A stretch of 64,000 bases of DNA from a bacterium (GTDB lineage: Bacteria; J088; JAWLBW01), in the NCBI GenBank assembly GCA_041690355.1, contig JAWLHK010000002.1, positions 1 through 64,000 of the forward strand. Direction: 5' to 3'. The translations under genes and the position numbers were made by a program. This document shows, piece by piece, positions 37,716 through 46,185 of this stretch. Position 1 is the stretch's first letter; the number at the start of each line of letters is the position of its first letter. The notes below the pieces were generated by a model, which saw nothing but the letters and a program-made list of their open reading frames with translations, was not told the DNA's origin and made no database searches.

Positions 37716-39209
37716 TCAGAGCGTCTTCAGGTACTCCAGGACCGCCTTGCGCTCGTCATTCGTGAGGTGGTCGCCGAAGGTGTGCCCCGCGTTCGACTGG
37801 CTCCAGTAGGTCGTGTCGTAGATGTGCGGGCGCTCGGCTTCGGGCGCGTCCTTCTGCGCGTAGGTCACCGTCTGGAACGGCCAGCCGAGGGCGCGCTTGT
37901 CGTAGTTCGTGGAGTCGTAGTCCGCCCGCTTCCAGTACTTCGGCCGCTTCCTGCTGTTCAGCACCAGCTCGAGGGTCGGAACGGAACCGTTGTGGAAAAA
38001 GGGCGCGGTCGCCCAGATGCCGTCGAGCGGCGGGGGCATGTAGCCGGGGAAGGGGTCGGCGGGCTGCATCCGCGTAATCTGGCCGTAGAAGGAGTTGTTG
38101 TACCACTCCACCAGTTCGGGCGAATGGACCACCCCCGCTTCGGCGACGACCGGATCGGTGCCGATGATGTCGAGCGGTATCAGCAGGTTCGGGTACCAGT
38201 CGTCGGCCTCCTCGTCTCCGTAGGTTCCGTGGCAGCCGGCGCAGGTCTCGACGAAGACGCGGTGGCCGTCTTCCGCAAGATCCCCGTCGACCGGCCAGGG
38301 ATATTTCGGCGCGCGGATGGTCGAGATGTAGGCCTGGATATCCTGGAACATGGCGTCGACCTCGGCGGCGCGCTCCACGTCGTCGACGCAGACCGACGTG
38401 GCGAGGGCCATCGTGCCGCGATGGTCGCCGCGCGCCATGCCGTTGTAGAAGAGCGCGTTCTTCTTGTGCGCGCGCCACCACGGCGGCGGGTCGCTGGTCA
38501 CGACGGGATCGGGAATCTGGTTCCCCTGGTGATCGCGGACACTGATGGGGGTCACCAGCTCGTCGCTCCACGCGAGCGTCTCCCGGTCGTGGTGGGCCAT
38601 GAGCACGACGGCGAGCATCTCGGCCGGGTTCATGCCGATCGTGCGCATGGTCGTGAAGGGAGCGAGGGCGACGCCGCGCTGGGCCATCTTGCGCATGTTG
38701 GCCTTCTCGACTGCGGTCAGGCCGAGCGGGTCGAGAAAGGCGTCGGTGAGGGGGAGCTGGTCGACGTCGGCCGAATTCGTGAAGTTCGCCGTGCTGTTGC
38801 CCAGGCCGATGACCAGCTCGCCGTTGAACGAGCCGCCATGGCACATCAGGCAGTTGGCGTTGATGACCTGGGCGCCGTCGGGGCTCTCGAAGGAATTGAG
38901 AAAGTAGGGCAGATCTTCGTTGTAGCCCGTGCGCCCCGGAATGCGGGGGGCCTCGTCGTCGCCGCCGAAGGCCACGGCGATCTGCGACTGGGCGATGCCG
39001 AGATCCCAGAGCTTGTGCGGAATTCCGCACGTCATGTAGCTGCCGTTGAGCAGCAGCTCGCGGCCGCGCACCGGGTCGCCCTTCGCCTGGGCGGCGGTGG
39101 GGAGCACCTTGCCGTCGTTCCACGGGCCGACGGCCGGGATCTGGAGTTCGCTTTCGCACCCGGCGGCGAGTACCGCCAGACCGAGCCACAGTCCGATTCG
39201 AAGATTCAT
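37716..39209 (-). CDS. Di-heme c-type cytochrome lipoprotein (RoxA/cytochrome c peroxidase-like fold)
   Basis: Lipobox LAAGC, heme motifs CLMCH and CAGCH, PPPWW, LDGIWATAPFFHNGSVPTL, SNAGHTFG...ERKAVLEYLKTL. Confidence 0.85.
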   Translation of the reverse strand: MNLRIGLWLGLAVLAAGCESELQIPAVGPWNDGKVLPTAAQAKGDPVRGRELLLNGSYMTCGIPHKLWDLGIAQSQIAVAFGGDDEAPRIPGRTGYNEDLPYFLNSFESPDGAQVINANCLMCHGGSFNGELVIGLGNSTANFTNSADVDQLPLTDAFLDPLGLTAVEKANMRKMAQRGVALAPFTTMRTIGMNPAEMLAVVLMAHHDRETLAWSDELVTPISVRDHQGNQIPDPVVTSDPPPWWRAHKKNALFYNGMARGDHRGTMALATSVCVDDVERAAEVDAMFQDIQAYISTIRAPKYPWPVDGDLAEDGHRVFVETCAGCHGTYGDEEADDWYPNLLIPLDIIGTDPVVAEAGVVHSPELVEWYNNSFYGQITRMQPADPFPGYMPPPLDGIWATAPFFHNGSVPTLELVLNSRKRPKYWKRADYDSTNYDKRALGWPFQTVTYAQKDAPEAERPHIYDTTYWSQSNAGHTFGDHLTNDERKAVLEYLKTL

Positions 39210-39326
39210 CGACCCCTCCGCAATGCCTACCGATCGGTTGGCAGGCCCTCTCGTTGTACCGGAAACGGCCGGTCGGGGCAAGAGTGCGCGGTGGCGGTTC
39301 TGCGGCGCGATGCCTATAATCAACGG

Positions 39327-39788
39327 ATGAGTGACGGCGACCGGGCCATTGCGATCAACCGCAAGGCGACCTTCAATTACGCGATCGAAGACACCTACGA
39401 GGCGGGGATGATCCTGACCGGCTCGGAGGTGAAGGCGCTGCGCGAGGGGCAGGCGAACATCGGCGACGCCTTCGCGCGCGTGGGGCCCGACGGCGTCTAC
39501 CTGATCAATCTTCATATTCCGCCCTACACCAAGACGGGCCAGTTCGACCAGCACGAGCCGACGCGCACCCGCAAGCTGCTGCTGCACGCGGGCGAAATCG
39601 AGAAGATGCGCGCGAAGACGCAGGAGAAGGGGCTCACCCTCGTGCCCATGCGCATGTACTGGAAGAACGGGTACGCCAAGGTGCTGCTCGGCCTCGGCAA
39701 GGGCAAGAAGATGCACGACAAGCGCGCCGACATCAAAAAGAAAGAGGTCGCGCGCGAGGTGGCAAGGGCGATAAGGCAGGGGCGATAG
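39327..39788 (+). CDS. smpB: SsrA-binding protein SmpB
   Basis: NRKATFNY..EDTYEAGMILTGSEVKALR, HEPTRTRKLLLH, GKGKKMHDKR. TATAAT at 39315-39320, 6 nt before the ATG. Confidence 0.97.
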   Translation: MSDGDRAIAINRKATFNYAIEDTYEAGMILTGSEVKALREGQANIGDAFARVGPDGVYLINLHIPPYTKTGQFDQHEPTRTRKLLLHAGEIEKMRAKTQEKGLTLVPMRMYWKNGYAKVLLGLGKGKKMHDKRADIKKKEVAREVARAIRQGR

Positions 39789-39794
39789 CAGTCA

Positions 39795-39866
39795 TCGGAC
39801 GCCGGACGTCGGACCCCCCATCCGCTTCGCTACGGGGGGCAAGGCGTCGGAGGTCGGTGAGGCAAG
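39795..39866. repeat. (CGGACG[TC]) heptamer tract interrupted by a short REP-like hairpin, with GGCAAG anchors
   Basis: TCGGACG CCGGACG TCGGACC, hairpin CCCCCC-ATCCGCTTCGCTAC-GGGGGG, GCGTCGG AGGTCGG. GGCAAG at 39838 and 39861. Confidence 0.75.
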
Positions 39867-40041
39867 GGCTTCAAACAAGCGCGGATCTGGACGCCTGACC
39901 TGCCCTCTCCCCCGGGACAACGGCTGTCCGACCCTACTGGTAGAATCTCGCTTGTGGATGTTTTTACCGAGCTACAAAGTAGACACCCGCGCACGGTTGG
40001 GCAGGCGGCCAGGGTAGGGTGACATTCGGCACGCCGAACGC

Positions 40042-40070
40042 TTGCAAAACCGTATGCGGGGATGTAGGAT
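40042..40070 (+). promoter_or_regulatory. Sigma70-type promoter of the ncRNA-abi unit
   Basis: TTGCAA-17 bp-TAGGAT. Predicted start near 40077, just before the structured RNA. Confidence 0.7.
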
Positions 40071-40076
40071 GGACTA

Positions 40077-40136
40077 CAACAAAACCTGCCAAGGCTATGC
40101 GCGAAAGCGTATCCTCAAAACGGTGGGTTCCTTTTT
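40077..40136 (+). ncRNA. Putative abiF-motif RNA (antitoxin RNA of an AbiF type III-like TA system)
   Basis: Outer stem AACCTGCC(40083-90)/GGTGGGTT(40122-29), inner stem AGG/CCT plus ATGCGC-GAAA-GCGTAT (GNRA loop), then a U-tract. Lies between the promoter and an Abi_2 gene. Confidence 0.7.
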
Positions 40137-40154
40137 CTGGGGGCGCTGACGTTC

Positions 40155-41057
40155 ATGCAGCGCCCCTTTTCTAAACCCCCGACAACCTACGCCCAGCAGC
40201 TCGCCCTGTTGCGCGACCGAGGCATGCAGATCGACGACCAGGCCGAGGCCGAGTTCTATCTGCAGCACTTGAATTACTACCGCCTGGGCGCCTACTGGCT
40301 TCCCTTTGAGTCGAACCACACGGAGCATCGCTTTGTTGAGGGCACGCGTTTTCGCGATGTTTTGAACCTTTACTTGTTCGACCGGGAGCTGCGTCTGTTA
40401 ACGATGGACGCCGTGGAGCGGTTCGAGGTTTCTGTACGCAGTCAGTGGGCCTATCATCTTGCGCATCGTCATGGCCCCCACGCGCACTTGGATTCGTCGC
40501 TCGCGTATGACGTCGAACTCTGGGCCAAAAACCTTGCCAAGCTGACCAAAGAAGTCAAACGCTCGAAAGAAACATTCGTTCGCCATATGGTTCGCACGTA
40601 TTCCGAGCAGCTACCCCCCGTGTGGGCCGTCTGTGAAATCATGACGCTCGGTCTCCTCTCCCAGTGGTTCAACAGTCTTCGGCCGATGGGTACCCGCGAT
40701 GCGATTGCCGGTACCTATGGCATTGACCACAAAGTGCTGGAGTCCTGGCTGCATCACTTGACGACCGTCCGGAATATCTGCGCCCATCATGCGCGCCTGT
40801 GGAACCGGGAGTTTACCGTCATTCCGAAGTTGCCGCGCAAGCCGCAGGAACTCGCGGCGCAGTTCGTTCCCGGGTCGCGGCACATCTACAATACATTTGT
40901 GCTCCTTTCTCATTCGCTCGACATTGTCTCGCGTAACCACCACTGGCGCGGTCGCCTGGTCAATTTGATTGAGAAGCATCAGATTGATCCCGGGCATATG
41001 GGCTTCCCACCGGATTGGCAGGCAAGGCCACCCTGGAACACAGGGGTGGATTCGTAA
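40155..41057 (+). CDS. Abi family (Abi_2, AbiD/AbiF-like) HEPN ribonuclease
   Basis: [50 protein letters not shown] and HEPN motif RNICAH(H). Visibly more AT-rich codons than neighbouring genes. Confidence 0.92.
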   Translation: MQRPFSKPPTTYAQQLALLRDRGMQIDDQAEAEFYLQHLNYYRLGAYWLPFESNHTEHRFVEGTRFRDVLNLYLFDRELRLLTMDAVERFEVSVRSQWAYHLAHRHGPHAHLDSSLAYDVELWAKNLAKLTKEVKRSKETFVRHMVRTYSEQLPPVWAVCEIMTLGLLSQWFNSLRPMGTRDAIAGTYGIDHKVLESWLHHLTTVRNICAHHARLWNREFTVIPKLPRKPQELAAQFVPGSRHIYNTFVLLSHSLDIVSRNHHWRGRLVNLIEKHQIDPGHMGFPPDWQARPPWNTGVDS

Positions 41058-41149
41058 CCCGCCGAGCCCGGAACCCTTCCACGGCCCCCCGACAGGCCCG
41101 GGGCGAACACTCACGCGATGGTCCTCTTCGGGGCGTAACTGATACAGAA

Positions 41150-41189
41150 CGTTCTTGCCTGATTGGCGCTCAGTGCTCGGCGCTTGGCG
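41150..41189 (-). repeat. (AGCGCCA)-family heptamer tract plus CAGGCAAG anchor
   Basis: Minus strand CGCCAAGCGCCGAGCACTGAGCGCCAATCAGGCAAGAACG. Same family as the tracts at 44054 and 45387. Confidence 0.8.
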
Positions 41190-41290
41190 TGGTTGAATTG
41201 ATGTTGGGGGGGGTATCGAATGTTGGCTTGCAGGTGACGCGCAATACGGGAAATCACCGACCCCTTTCCCCTGCGGCGGGGGGCAGCGTC

Positions 41291-41299
41291 TGGTATACT
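41291..41299 (+). promoter_or_regulatory. Extended -10 promoter of ssrA
   Basis: TG-G-TATACT about 50 nt upstream of the tmRNA 5' end. Leader hairpin GGCTGAG-GGAAAC-TTCAGCC at 41309-41328. Confidence 0.55.
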
Positions 41300-41351
41300 G
41301 AATTTCATGGCTGAGGGAAACTTCAGCCGCACTCTTTCTCAAGTGAATCTG

Positions 41352-41702
41352 GGGGGCGACTGGTTTCGACGGGGATGTCGAAGCGTGGAGTCGCGTGTCG
41401 AGTTGCTGCCAGCTCGTTAAAACGGTAGAACACAATAATCGGCAACGATTACGACTACGCTCTGGCTGCTTAATTAAGCAACCACGGAAACGGTTGAACG
41501 CCCACGTCAATCGGTTCCGCTAATCAGTGGGCTGGCCTTTCGCGAACACCCGGTGCGCGAGGGGCGAGACAAAGGCCGGGTCCGTTCTCGGAGAATCCTG
41601 TCTATCGGAGTCCCTGAGAACCAGATCAAACGATAGACTACACACGTAGTGGCTTGCGTGTAGCTTCCTCGGACGTGGGTTCGATTCCCACCGCCTCCAC
41701 CA
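41352..41702 (+). ncRNA. ssrA: tmRNA
   Basis: 5' GGGGGCGACTGGTTTCGAC, 3' T-arm GTGGGTTCGATTCCCAC-CGCCTCC-ACCA with the G3:U alanine pair. Tag ORF 41441-41473 encodes GNDYDYALAA-stop. Confidence 0.97.
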
Positions 41703-41729
41703 TTTCAGATTCTTGCAGGTTCCAATTAC

Positions 41730-41761
41730 GCCCGTAAAGCTTCGGTTTTACGGGCTTTTTT
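41730..41761 (+). terminator. Rho-independent terminator of ssrA
   Basis: GCCCGTAAAGC-TTCG-GTTTTACGGGC-TTTTTT. Confidence 0.92.
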
Positions 41762-41805
41762 GTCTGGAGGCCCAGCGCGGTTGACGTCGGCGGGATCGAT
41801 CCGGC

Positions 41806-42234
41806 TCACGCCGCCCCGACCACCTCGAACCCCTCTTTCTCGGCTGCCCGGCTGAGTCGAGCGTCGAGACAGACGAAGGGTAAAGCGCCCGGCTTTCCCT
41901 CAGAGGCAACCCATGCCGCCGCAAGCTGCATGGCATCGGCCGCACGTAGATCGTGTACACGAAGGAGCCGGATGGAGACGTCGCGTACGCTCTCCGTCGG
42001 CGTGATTTCATGCCAGGCATCTTGAAGGACATGAAGCCGGCGAAACGCCTCCCTGACGCTGCCCAGCTCAATGCTCCCTTCGCGCTCAAGGCGGGAGAGT
42101 GCAGACGCACATTCGATAGCGGTGCTCCACCAGGTAAGCATGCCCGCATCCGCCGCGAGAAGTTGCTGCATTGCCGCCGAGGAAGCTTCTGCCGCCAGCA
42201 GTGGGACCATCGCCGAACTGTCCCAGTACCTCAT
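41806..42234 (-). CDS. vapC: PIN-domain toxin (VapC family)
   Basis: MRYWDSSAMVPLL, IECASAL, LRAADAMQLAAA, FVCLDARL. Overlaps the antitoxin stop (ATGA). Confidence 0.92.
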   Translation of the reverse strand: MRYWDSSAMVPLLAAEASSAAMQQLLAADAGMLTWWSTAIECASALSRLEREGSIELGSVREAFRRLHVLQDAWHEITPTESVRDVSIRLLRVHDLRAADAMQLAAAWVASEGKPGALPFVCLDARLSRAAEKEGFEVVGAA

Positions 42235-42527
42235 CGGCCCTCTTCCCGCTCGGTCAGGAGTGCGTTAAGCGCGCTTCGAGAACTCTGCGGGGGCGTCGAT
42301 TCGATGATTTCGCGGGGCAGGGAGCTGGTCTTTGCGCGCCGGACCAGGCCGTTACGTTCAAGGCGCTCGACAAGCCCCTCGGCTGCGCCCGCAGCACGGG
42401 CTTGCACCGGCATCAGTTGGGCCACCGGGATGTTCCGGTCCGTGACGATGACGGTTTCGCCGTTGCGGACGTGGTCGAGCAACTGGCTGAGACGATTCTT
42501 GGTCTCCGTGACCGATGCCTTTTTCAT
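42231..42527 (-). CDS. Phd/YefM-family antitoxin
   Basis: SVTETKNRLSQLLDHVRNGETVIVTDRNIPVAQLMP. Confidence 0.92.
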   Translation of the reverse strand: MKKASVTETKNRLSQLLDHVRNGETVIVTDRNIPVAQLMPVQARAAGAAEGLVERLERNGLVRRAKTSSLPREIIESTPPQSSRSALNALLTEREEGR

Positions 42528-42533
42528 AAGGCT

Positions 42534-42562
42534 ATTCTAGCTTGATGAAGGAGGCCTGTCTA
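42534..42562 (-). promoter_or_regulatory. Sigma70-type promoter (leaderless phd-vapC)
   Basis: Minus strand TAGACA-17 bp-TAGAAT-6 nt-ATG. Confidence 0.75.
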
Positions 42563-42576
42563 GCGTCCTTCCTTCC

Positions 42577-42611
42577 CCGACGTCCGACGTCCGGCGTCTG
42601 ATGTCCGAGGC
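42577..42611. repeat. Tandem heptamer tract (CCGACGT)x5, degenerate
   Basis: CCGACGT CCGACGT CCGGCGT CTGATGT CCGAGGC. Inverted relative to the tract at 39795. Confidence 0.85.
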
Positions 42612-42616
42612 GCCCG

Positions 42617-43969
42617 TCACCCCGCCAGCGCCTCGACCGAGTCGGCATCGGCCAAGTGTTCGAGGACGAGCGGAATCAGGTTGAGCTTCGGCGTGTACTT
42701 GTCGAGGGGCACCGACGGCGTGGCCAACATGCGGCCGACCAGCATGTACTCTTCGGGAATGTGCGCGATGGGATAGTCGCGGTTGAGCCCCTTCGCGCGC
42801 AGGGCGTGCTTCGCCAGGTTGTCCTTGAGGTGCGACGCAAGATCGCCCCCTTCGCGCCAGTGCTCGACGACGATGTCGCTGACTTCGAACCCGTACTGCA
42901 CCCACTTCTCGAACGATTCCACCTTGCCGTCCCGGGTGGCGAATCCGAGACCGGTGAGCACCTCGGCGACCAGGCGGGTGTCGCGGTTGATGTAGCCCTG
43001 CACGACCTTGATGGTCGCCTTGCGGAACTCGGGTTTCAATTCTTTCACGGAACCGAAATCGAGAAGCACGATGCGCTTGTCGGGGGTCACCATGAAGTTG
43101 CCCGGGTGATTGTCCGACTGGAAGCACCCCTTCACGACCACCGAGTAGAGCAGGCAGTCGCTGAAGGTCTCGAAGACGTCGGCCTTGTCGTCTTCGTTCG
43201 TCGAGGAGGAGAACCAGTCGACGATGCGCACCCCTTCGATGTACTCCATGCAGATGACCCGCCGCGTGCAGAGCTCCTTGACGAGTTCGGGAACTTTCAC
43301 GGTTTTCCAGTTCGCGAAGTGGCCGGCCATCTTCTCCTGGTAGTAAATCTCGTTGGCGTAGTCGAGCTCGCGGCCGATGTGCCCGAACAGTTCCGCGATG
43401 AGCGCCCTGTAGTTGATGGTCGTGCGCAGTTCCTTGAAGGTCGATTCCACCATGCGGATGGCAATCGGCACCATGGCGCCCACGAGCGCCAGGTCGGCGT
43501 GGAAGAAATCCTCGATCCCCGGATACTGCACCTTGACGACGACCTGCCGGCCATCCTTCAGGTCTGCCCGGTGCACCTGGCCGATGGAGGCGGCCGCCAG
43601 CGGCTTCTCTTCGATGGAGGTCAGGTGGGTGCGCCAGTCGGATCCCCATTCGCGCGCCAGGGCCGCCTCGATCTTGCGGAAGGAGACAGGCCGAACCTGA
43701 TCCTGCATCTTCGCGAACTCGATCAGGTAGGCGGGGGGCAGAAAGGCCTGCGTCGAGAGAAACTGGCCGAGCTTGATGTAGGCGCCGCGCAGGGACGCGA
43801 AGGTGTGGAAGAGCCGCTTCGCGCCGTTCTCGTGCAGGCGCTCGAAGGCGGCCTCGCGCTTTTCGGCATTCAGGAACGGATAGCGGACAATCCGGTACCA
43901 GAGGTACGAGAAGAGAACGAGGCCGATCTGGAAGACGGCGTACAGCGTGCGGAGAATACGGTTGTTCAT
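42617..43969 (-). CDS. AarF/ABC1/UbiB atypical kinase family protein
   Basis: [49 protein letters not shown]. Confidence 0.93.
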   Translation of the reverse strand: MNNRILRTLYAVFQIGLVLFSYLWYRIVRYPFLNAEKREAAFERLHENGAKRLFHTFASLRGAYIKLGQFLSTQAFLPPAYLIEFAKMQDQVRPVSFRKIEAALAREWGSDWRTHLTSIEEKPLAAASIGQVHRADLKDGRQVVVKVQYPGIEDFFHADLALVGAMVPIAIRMVESTFKELRTTINYRALIAELFGHIGRELDYANEIYYQEKMAGHFANWKTVKVPELVKELCTRRVICMEYIEGVRIVDWFSSSTNEDDKADVFETFSDCLLYSVVVKGCFQSDNHPGNFMVTPDKRIVLLDFGSVKELKPEFRKATIKVVQGYINRDTRLVAEVLTGLGFATRDGKVESFEKWVQYGFEVSDIVVEHWREGGDLASHLKDNLAKHALRAKGLNRDYPIAHIPEEYMLVGRMLATPSVPLDKYTPKLNLIPLVLEHLADADSVEALAG

Positions 43970-44013
43970 GTCGTAAGGAACCGGGAAAGCAACCAATCAG
44001 TGTACCCGGTTGG

Positions 44014-44138
44014 CAGTCATTAGTCGCCAGTCGCCAGTCAGCAGTCACTGAGGCAAGCGCCAAGCGCCAACCAGGCAAGTACCTGCTGCATCAGGCACCT
44101 TGCGGCAAATCGTCAATCGTAAATTGTCAATCGTAAAT
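44014..44138. repeat. Composite heptamer-repeat module (three tract families and anchors)
   Basis: (CAGTCnn)x5 at 44014-48, GGCAAG at 44052, (AAGCGCC)x2, CAGGCAAGTACCTG/CAGGCACCTTGC hairpin at 44072-44103, ([CT]GT[CA]AAT)x4 at 44111-38. Confidence 0.9.
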
Positions 44139-44206
44139 CCTTGTGACTCGTCACTTGCTAAGGAGGGGTCGGGGTGATATCGTTTCGGCAATCAAAGGGG
44201 TACGCC

Positions 44207-45376
44207 ATGCGACGCTTTGCCCGTCTCGTTTCCGTCCTTCTCCTTGCGGTCGCGGCCTGCGACGCGCCGGCCCCCGAGCCCGATGGGCCCCTTGATCTTC
44301 GCGTCCGGCTCGACCCGCCCGAGAACGGGTATCAGCTTCGCTCGACCCCGCGCCTGGTTCCCGCCTACAGCGAGGTTTATTCCTGCGAGGTCGTGCGCCT
44401 CGAGCCACACGCCGACGAGTACATCGTCTGGCTCGATACCTTCGAGAGCAAAAGCTCGGAATATACCCATCACATGAATGTCAACGCGGGGATCTTCTCC
44501 GTGGGGGACGCGATCTTCGGCCCTGGCTTTTCGGAGAAGCTCCTCGGCTTCCCCGTCGGGCAGTATGACTGCAAGGAGATGGGAAATCTGATGGAAAAGG
44601 GGTTGCAGACGGTATACCCCAGCCAGAAACCTCATCAGACCGGCGCCTTCCCGAAAGGGGTTGCCGTGCCGGCCATCGTGCCCCTCGTGCTGCTCATGGA
44701 GCACCACTACATCAACACGACGAGCAAGGACGTCCTCATCGACGCGGCGGTGAACCTGCACACGGTTCCCGAAGAACAGGTGAAGCATGTCGCCACGGGA
44801 TTCTTCGGCGGCTCGGACGTCACGCTTGCACCGGAGTCCCGCAAGATCATCGCGAACACCTGCCAGATCAGCCGCGACGTGAACCTCATGGCCATCTCGA
44901 CGCACTCGCACGAGCGTGGGGCCTGCTTCTCGCTGAACCGGTATGACGGCGAGACGCAGACCATCGATCCCGAGCCGTTCTTCGTGAACAAGGACTGGGA
45001 GTCGCCGCCGATTCTGTTCCCGGAGCACAAGGAGTGGACGGGCTACAGCACGATTCCCTACAAGGCGGGCGACGGAATCCATTGGGCTTGCCACTACCGT
45101 AATCCGGAAGATCGCATCGTGACCACCGGCGAAAAGGCCGAAGACGAAATGTGCATCTTCGTGGCTCTGGGCTATCCGTCGCCGCTGTCGGTGGCCGACG
45201 TGAAGAACATGATTTTGAATCCGGGCGGCGACGCCATGGAGAAGCTCGAGCAGGCCATCATCCCCTGCGATCCGGTCACCGACGCGGTCAGCCCCTGGCC
45301 CGAGGTCAACATCGACCTGCCGCTGTCGGAAGCGCCGCCCGAAGAGTGCGAGGGGTACGAGACGACCAGCGAGTGA
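44207..45376 (+). CDS. Copper type II ascorbate-dependent monooxygenase-like lipoprotein (paralog 2)
   Basis: Lipobox AVAAC, THHM, MEHHY, STHSH, DEMC. Collinear with 20884-22062 (shared PEPFFVNKDWESPPIL, GDGIHWACHY). Confidence 0.75.
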   Translation: MRRFARLVSVLLLAVAACDAPAPEPDGPLDLRVRLDPPENGYQLRSTPRLVPAYSEVYSCEVVRLEPHADEYIVWLDTFESKSSEYTHHMNVNAGIFSVGDAIFGPGFSEKLLGFPVGQYDCKEMGNLMEKGLQTVYPSQKPHQTGAFPKGVAVPAIVPLVLLMEHHYINTTSKDVLIDAAVNLHTVPEEQVKHVATGFFGGSDVTLAPESRKIIANTCQISRDVNLMAISTHSHERGACFSLNRYDGETQTIDPEPFFVNKDWESPPILFPEHKEWTGYSTIPYKAGDGIHWACHYRNPEDRIVTTGEKAEDEMCIFVALGYPSPLSVADVKNMILNPGGDAMEKLEQAIIPCDPVTDAVSPWPEVNIDLPLSEAPPEECEGYETTSE

Positions 45377-45386
45377 CGGCTTTGGG

Positions 45387-45483
45387 AAGCGCCAAGCGCC
45401 AAGCGCTGAGCGCCAACAACAGGCACCTTCCGCACGAGGTCCTTGCCGGGCAAATCGTCAATCGTCAATTGTAAATTGTCAAT
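45387..45483. repeat. Composite heptamer-repeat module, direct counterpart of 44054-44138
   Basis: (AAGCGCC)x4, CAGGCACCTT, GGTCCTTGCC at 45438-47, ([CT]GT[CA]AAT)x4 at 45456-83. Confidence 0.9.
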
Positions 45484-45892
45484 TGGCGGGTGCGCGGAGC
45501 CGGAGGCGCGGGAAGTGGCGCCGGTACCGGCGCGGGTCGCGGGTGAGCAGCGTGAGCCCCGCGATGGCCGCGTGGGCGCCGATGTAGAAGTCGGGGAGCG
45601 GCGAGCGTCTGGTTCCGCCTTCGCGACGATAGCGCAGGAAGCACTTTCCGGCGAGAAATCCGGCTTCCCAGGGGAGCGGCAAGCGTGTGAACTCTGCCGG
45701 CGGGAGCGCATCCTCCAGGGCTTCGATGGTGTCGAAACCGACCGAAACTTCCGCATAGATGAGCGGATTAATCGCCAGCCGCCCCGCATCCGCCGCGTCG
45801 GCGAGTGCCGCGGCCGACCACGCGAACCAGGCTGGATCCTCGGTGAGAACGTCGAGCAGGACGTTGCTGTCGACGAGGGTGATCTCAGTCAT
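45479..45892 (-). CDS. vapC: PIN-domain toxin (VapC family)
   Basis: LVDSNVLLD, IYAEVS, PLPDFYIGAHA, LLTRD. Confidence 0.93.
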   Translation of the reverse strand: MTEITLVDSNVLLDVLTEDPAWFAWSAAALADAADAGRLAINPLIYAEVSVGFDTIEALEDALPPAEFTRLPLPWEAGFLAGKCFLRYRREGGTRRSPLPDFYIGAHAAIAGLTLLTRDPRRYRRHFPRLRLRAPAN

Positions 45893-46185
45893 TACCGGGA
45901 GCGGCGGGTGTGTTTCGTCGCGCGACCAGAAGTTGCGGACCCCGAAGGGGGGACATCGTCATCGTCCCGGGTCAGCGCGAGAATCTCAGCGGTGCTCATG
46001 GACACGGTGCCCCGGCCGCGCAAGCGCTCGACCAGCGTTTCGCCGCGTGTAGGACGTCCGGCTGCCTTGCGGATTTCAACCGCATCGCCCACCCGCCGGA
46101 ACTCCACCTCCGTATTCGGATAGATCCCGAGCTCTTCGCGGATCTCCTGCGGTATTGTCACCTGGCCCTTGGTGGTCACCTTCAT
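45892..46185 (-). CDS. AbrB/MazE/SpoVT-family antitoxin
   Basis: MKVTTKGQVTIPQEIREELGI. The stop overlaps the vapC start (TAATG). Confidence 0.92.
   Translation of the reverse strand: MKVTTKGQVTIPQEIREELGIYPNTEVEFRRVGDAVEIRKAAGRPTRGETLVERLRGRGTVSMSTAEILALTRDDDDVPPSGSATSGRATKHTRRSR

Noticed and set aside
37767-39326. Apparent 520-aa N-terminal extension of SmpB
   Set aside because: It is the antisense of the cytochrome gene. The real start is ATG 39327 after a TATAAT box.
39931-40020. Second possible small RNA or promoter (TGGTAGAAT; ACCCTAC/GTAGGGT arms) upstream of the abi promoter
   Set aside because: Only a 7-bp stem, no terminator and no recognisable family. Too weak to call.
41670-41702. 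tRNA gene, or attL/attR of an island integrated at ssrA
   Set aside because: This is the tRNA-like 3' end of tmRNA. I saw no second copy of it and no integrase in the window.
45895-45960. C-terminal extension of the AbrB antitoxin as an insertion scar
   Set aside because: TAATG coupling to vapC is intact and no flanking duplication is visible. It cannot be distinguished from ordinary tail variation.
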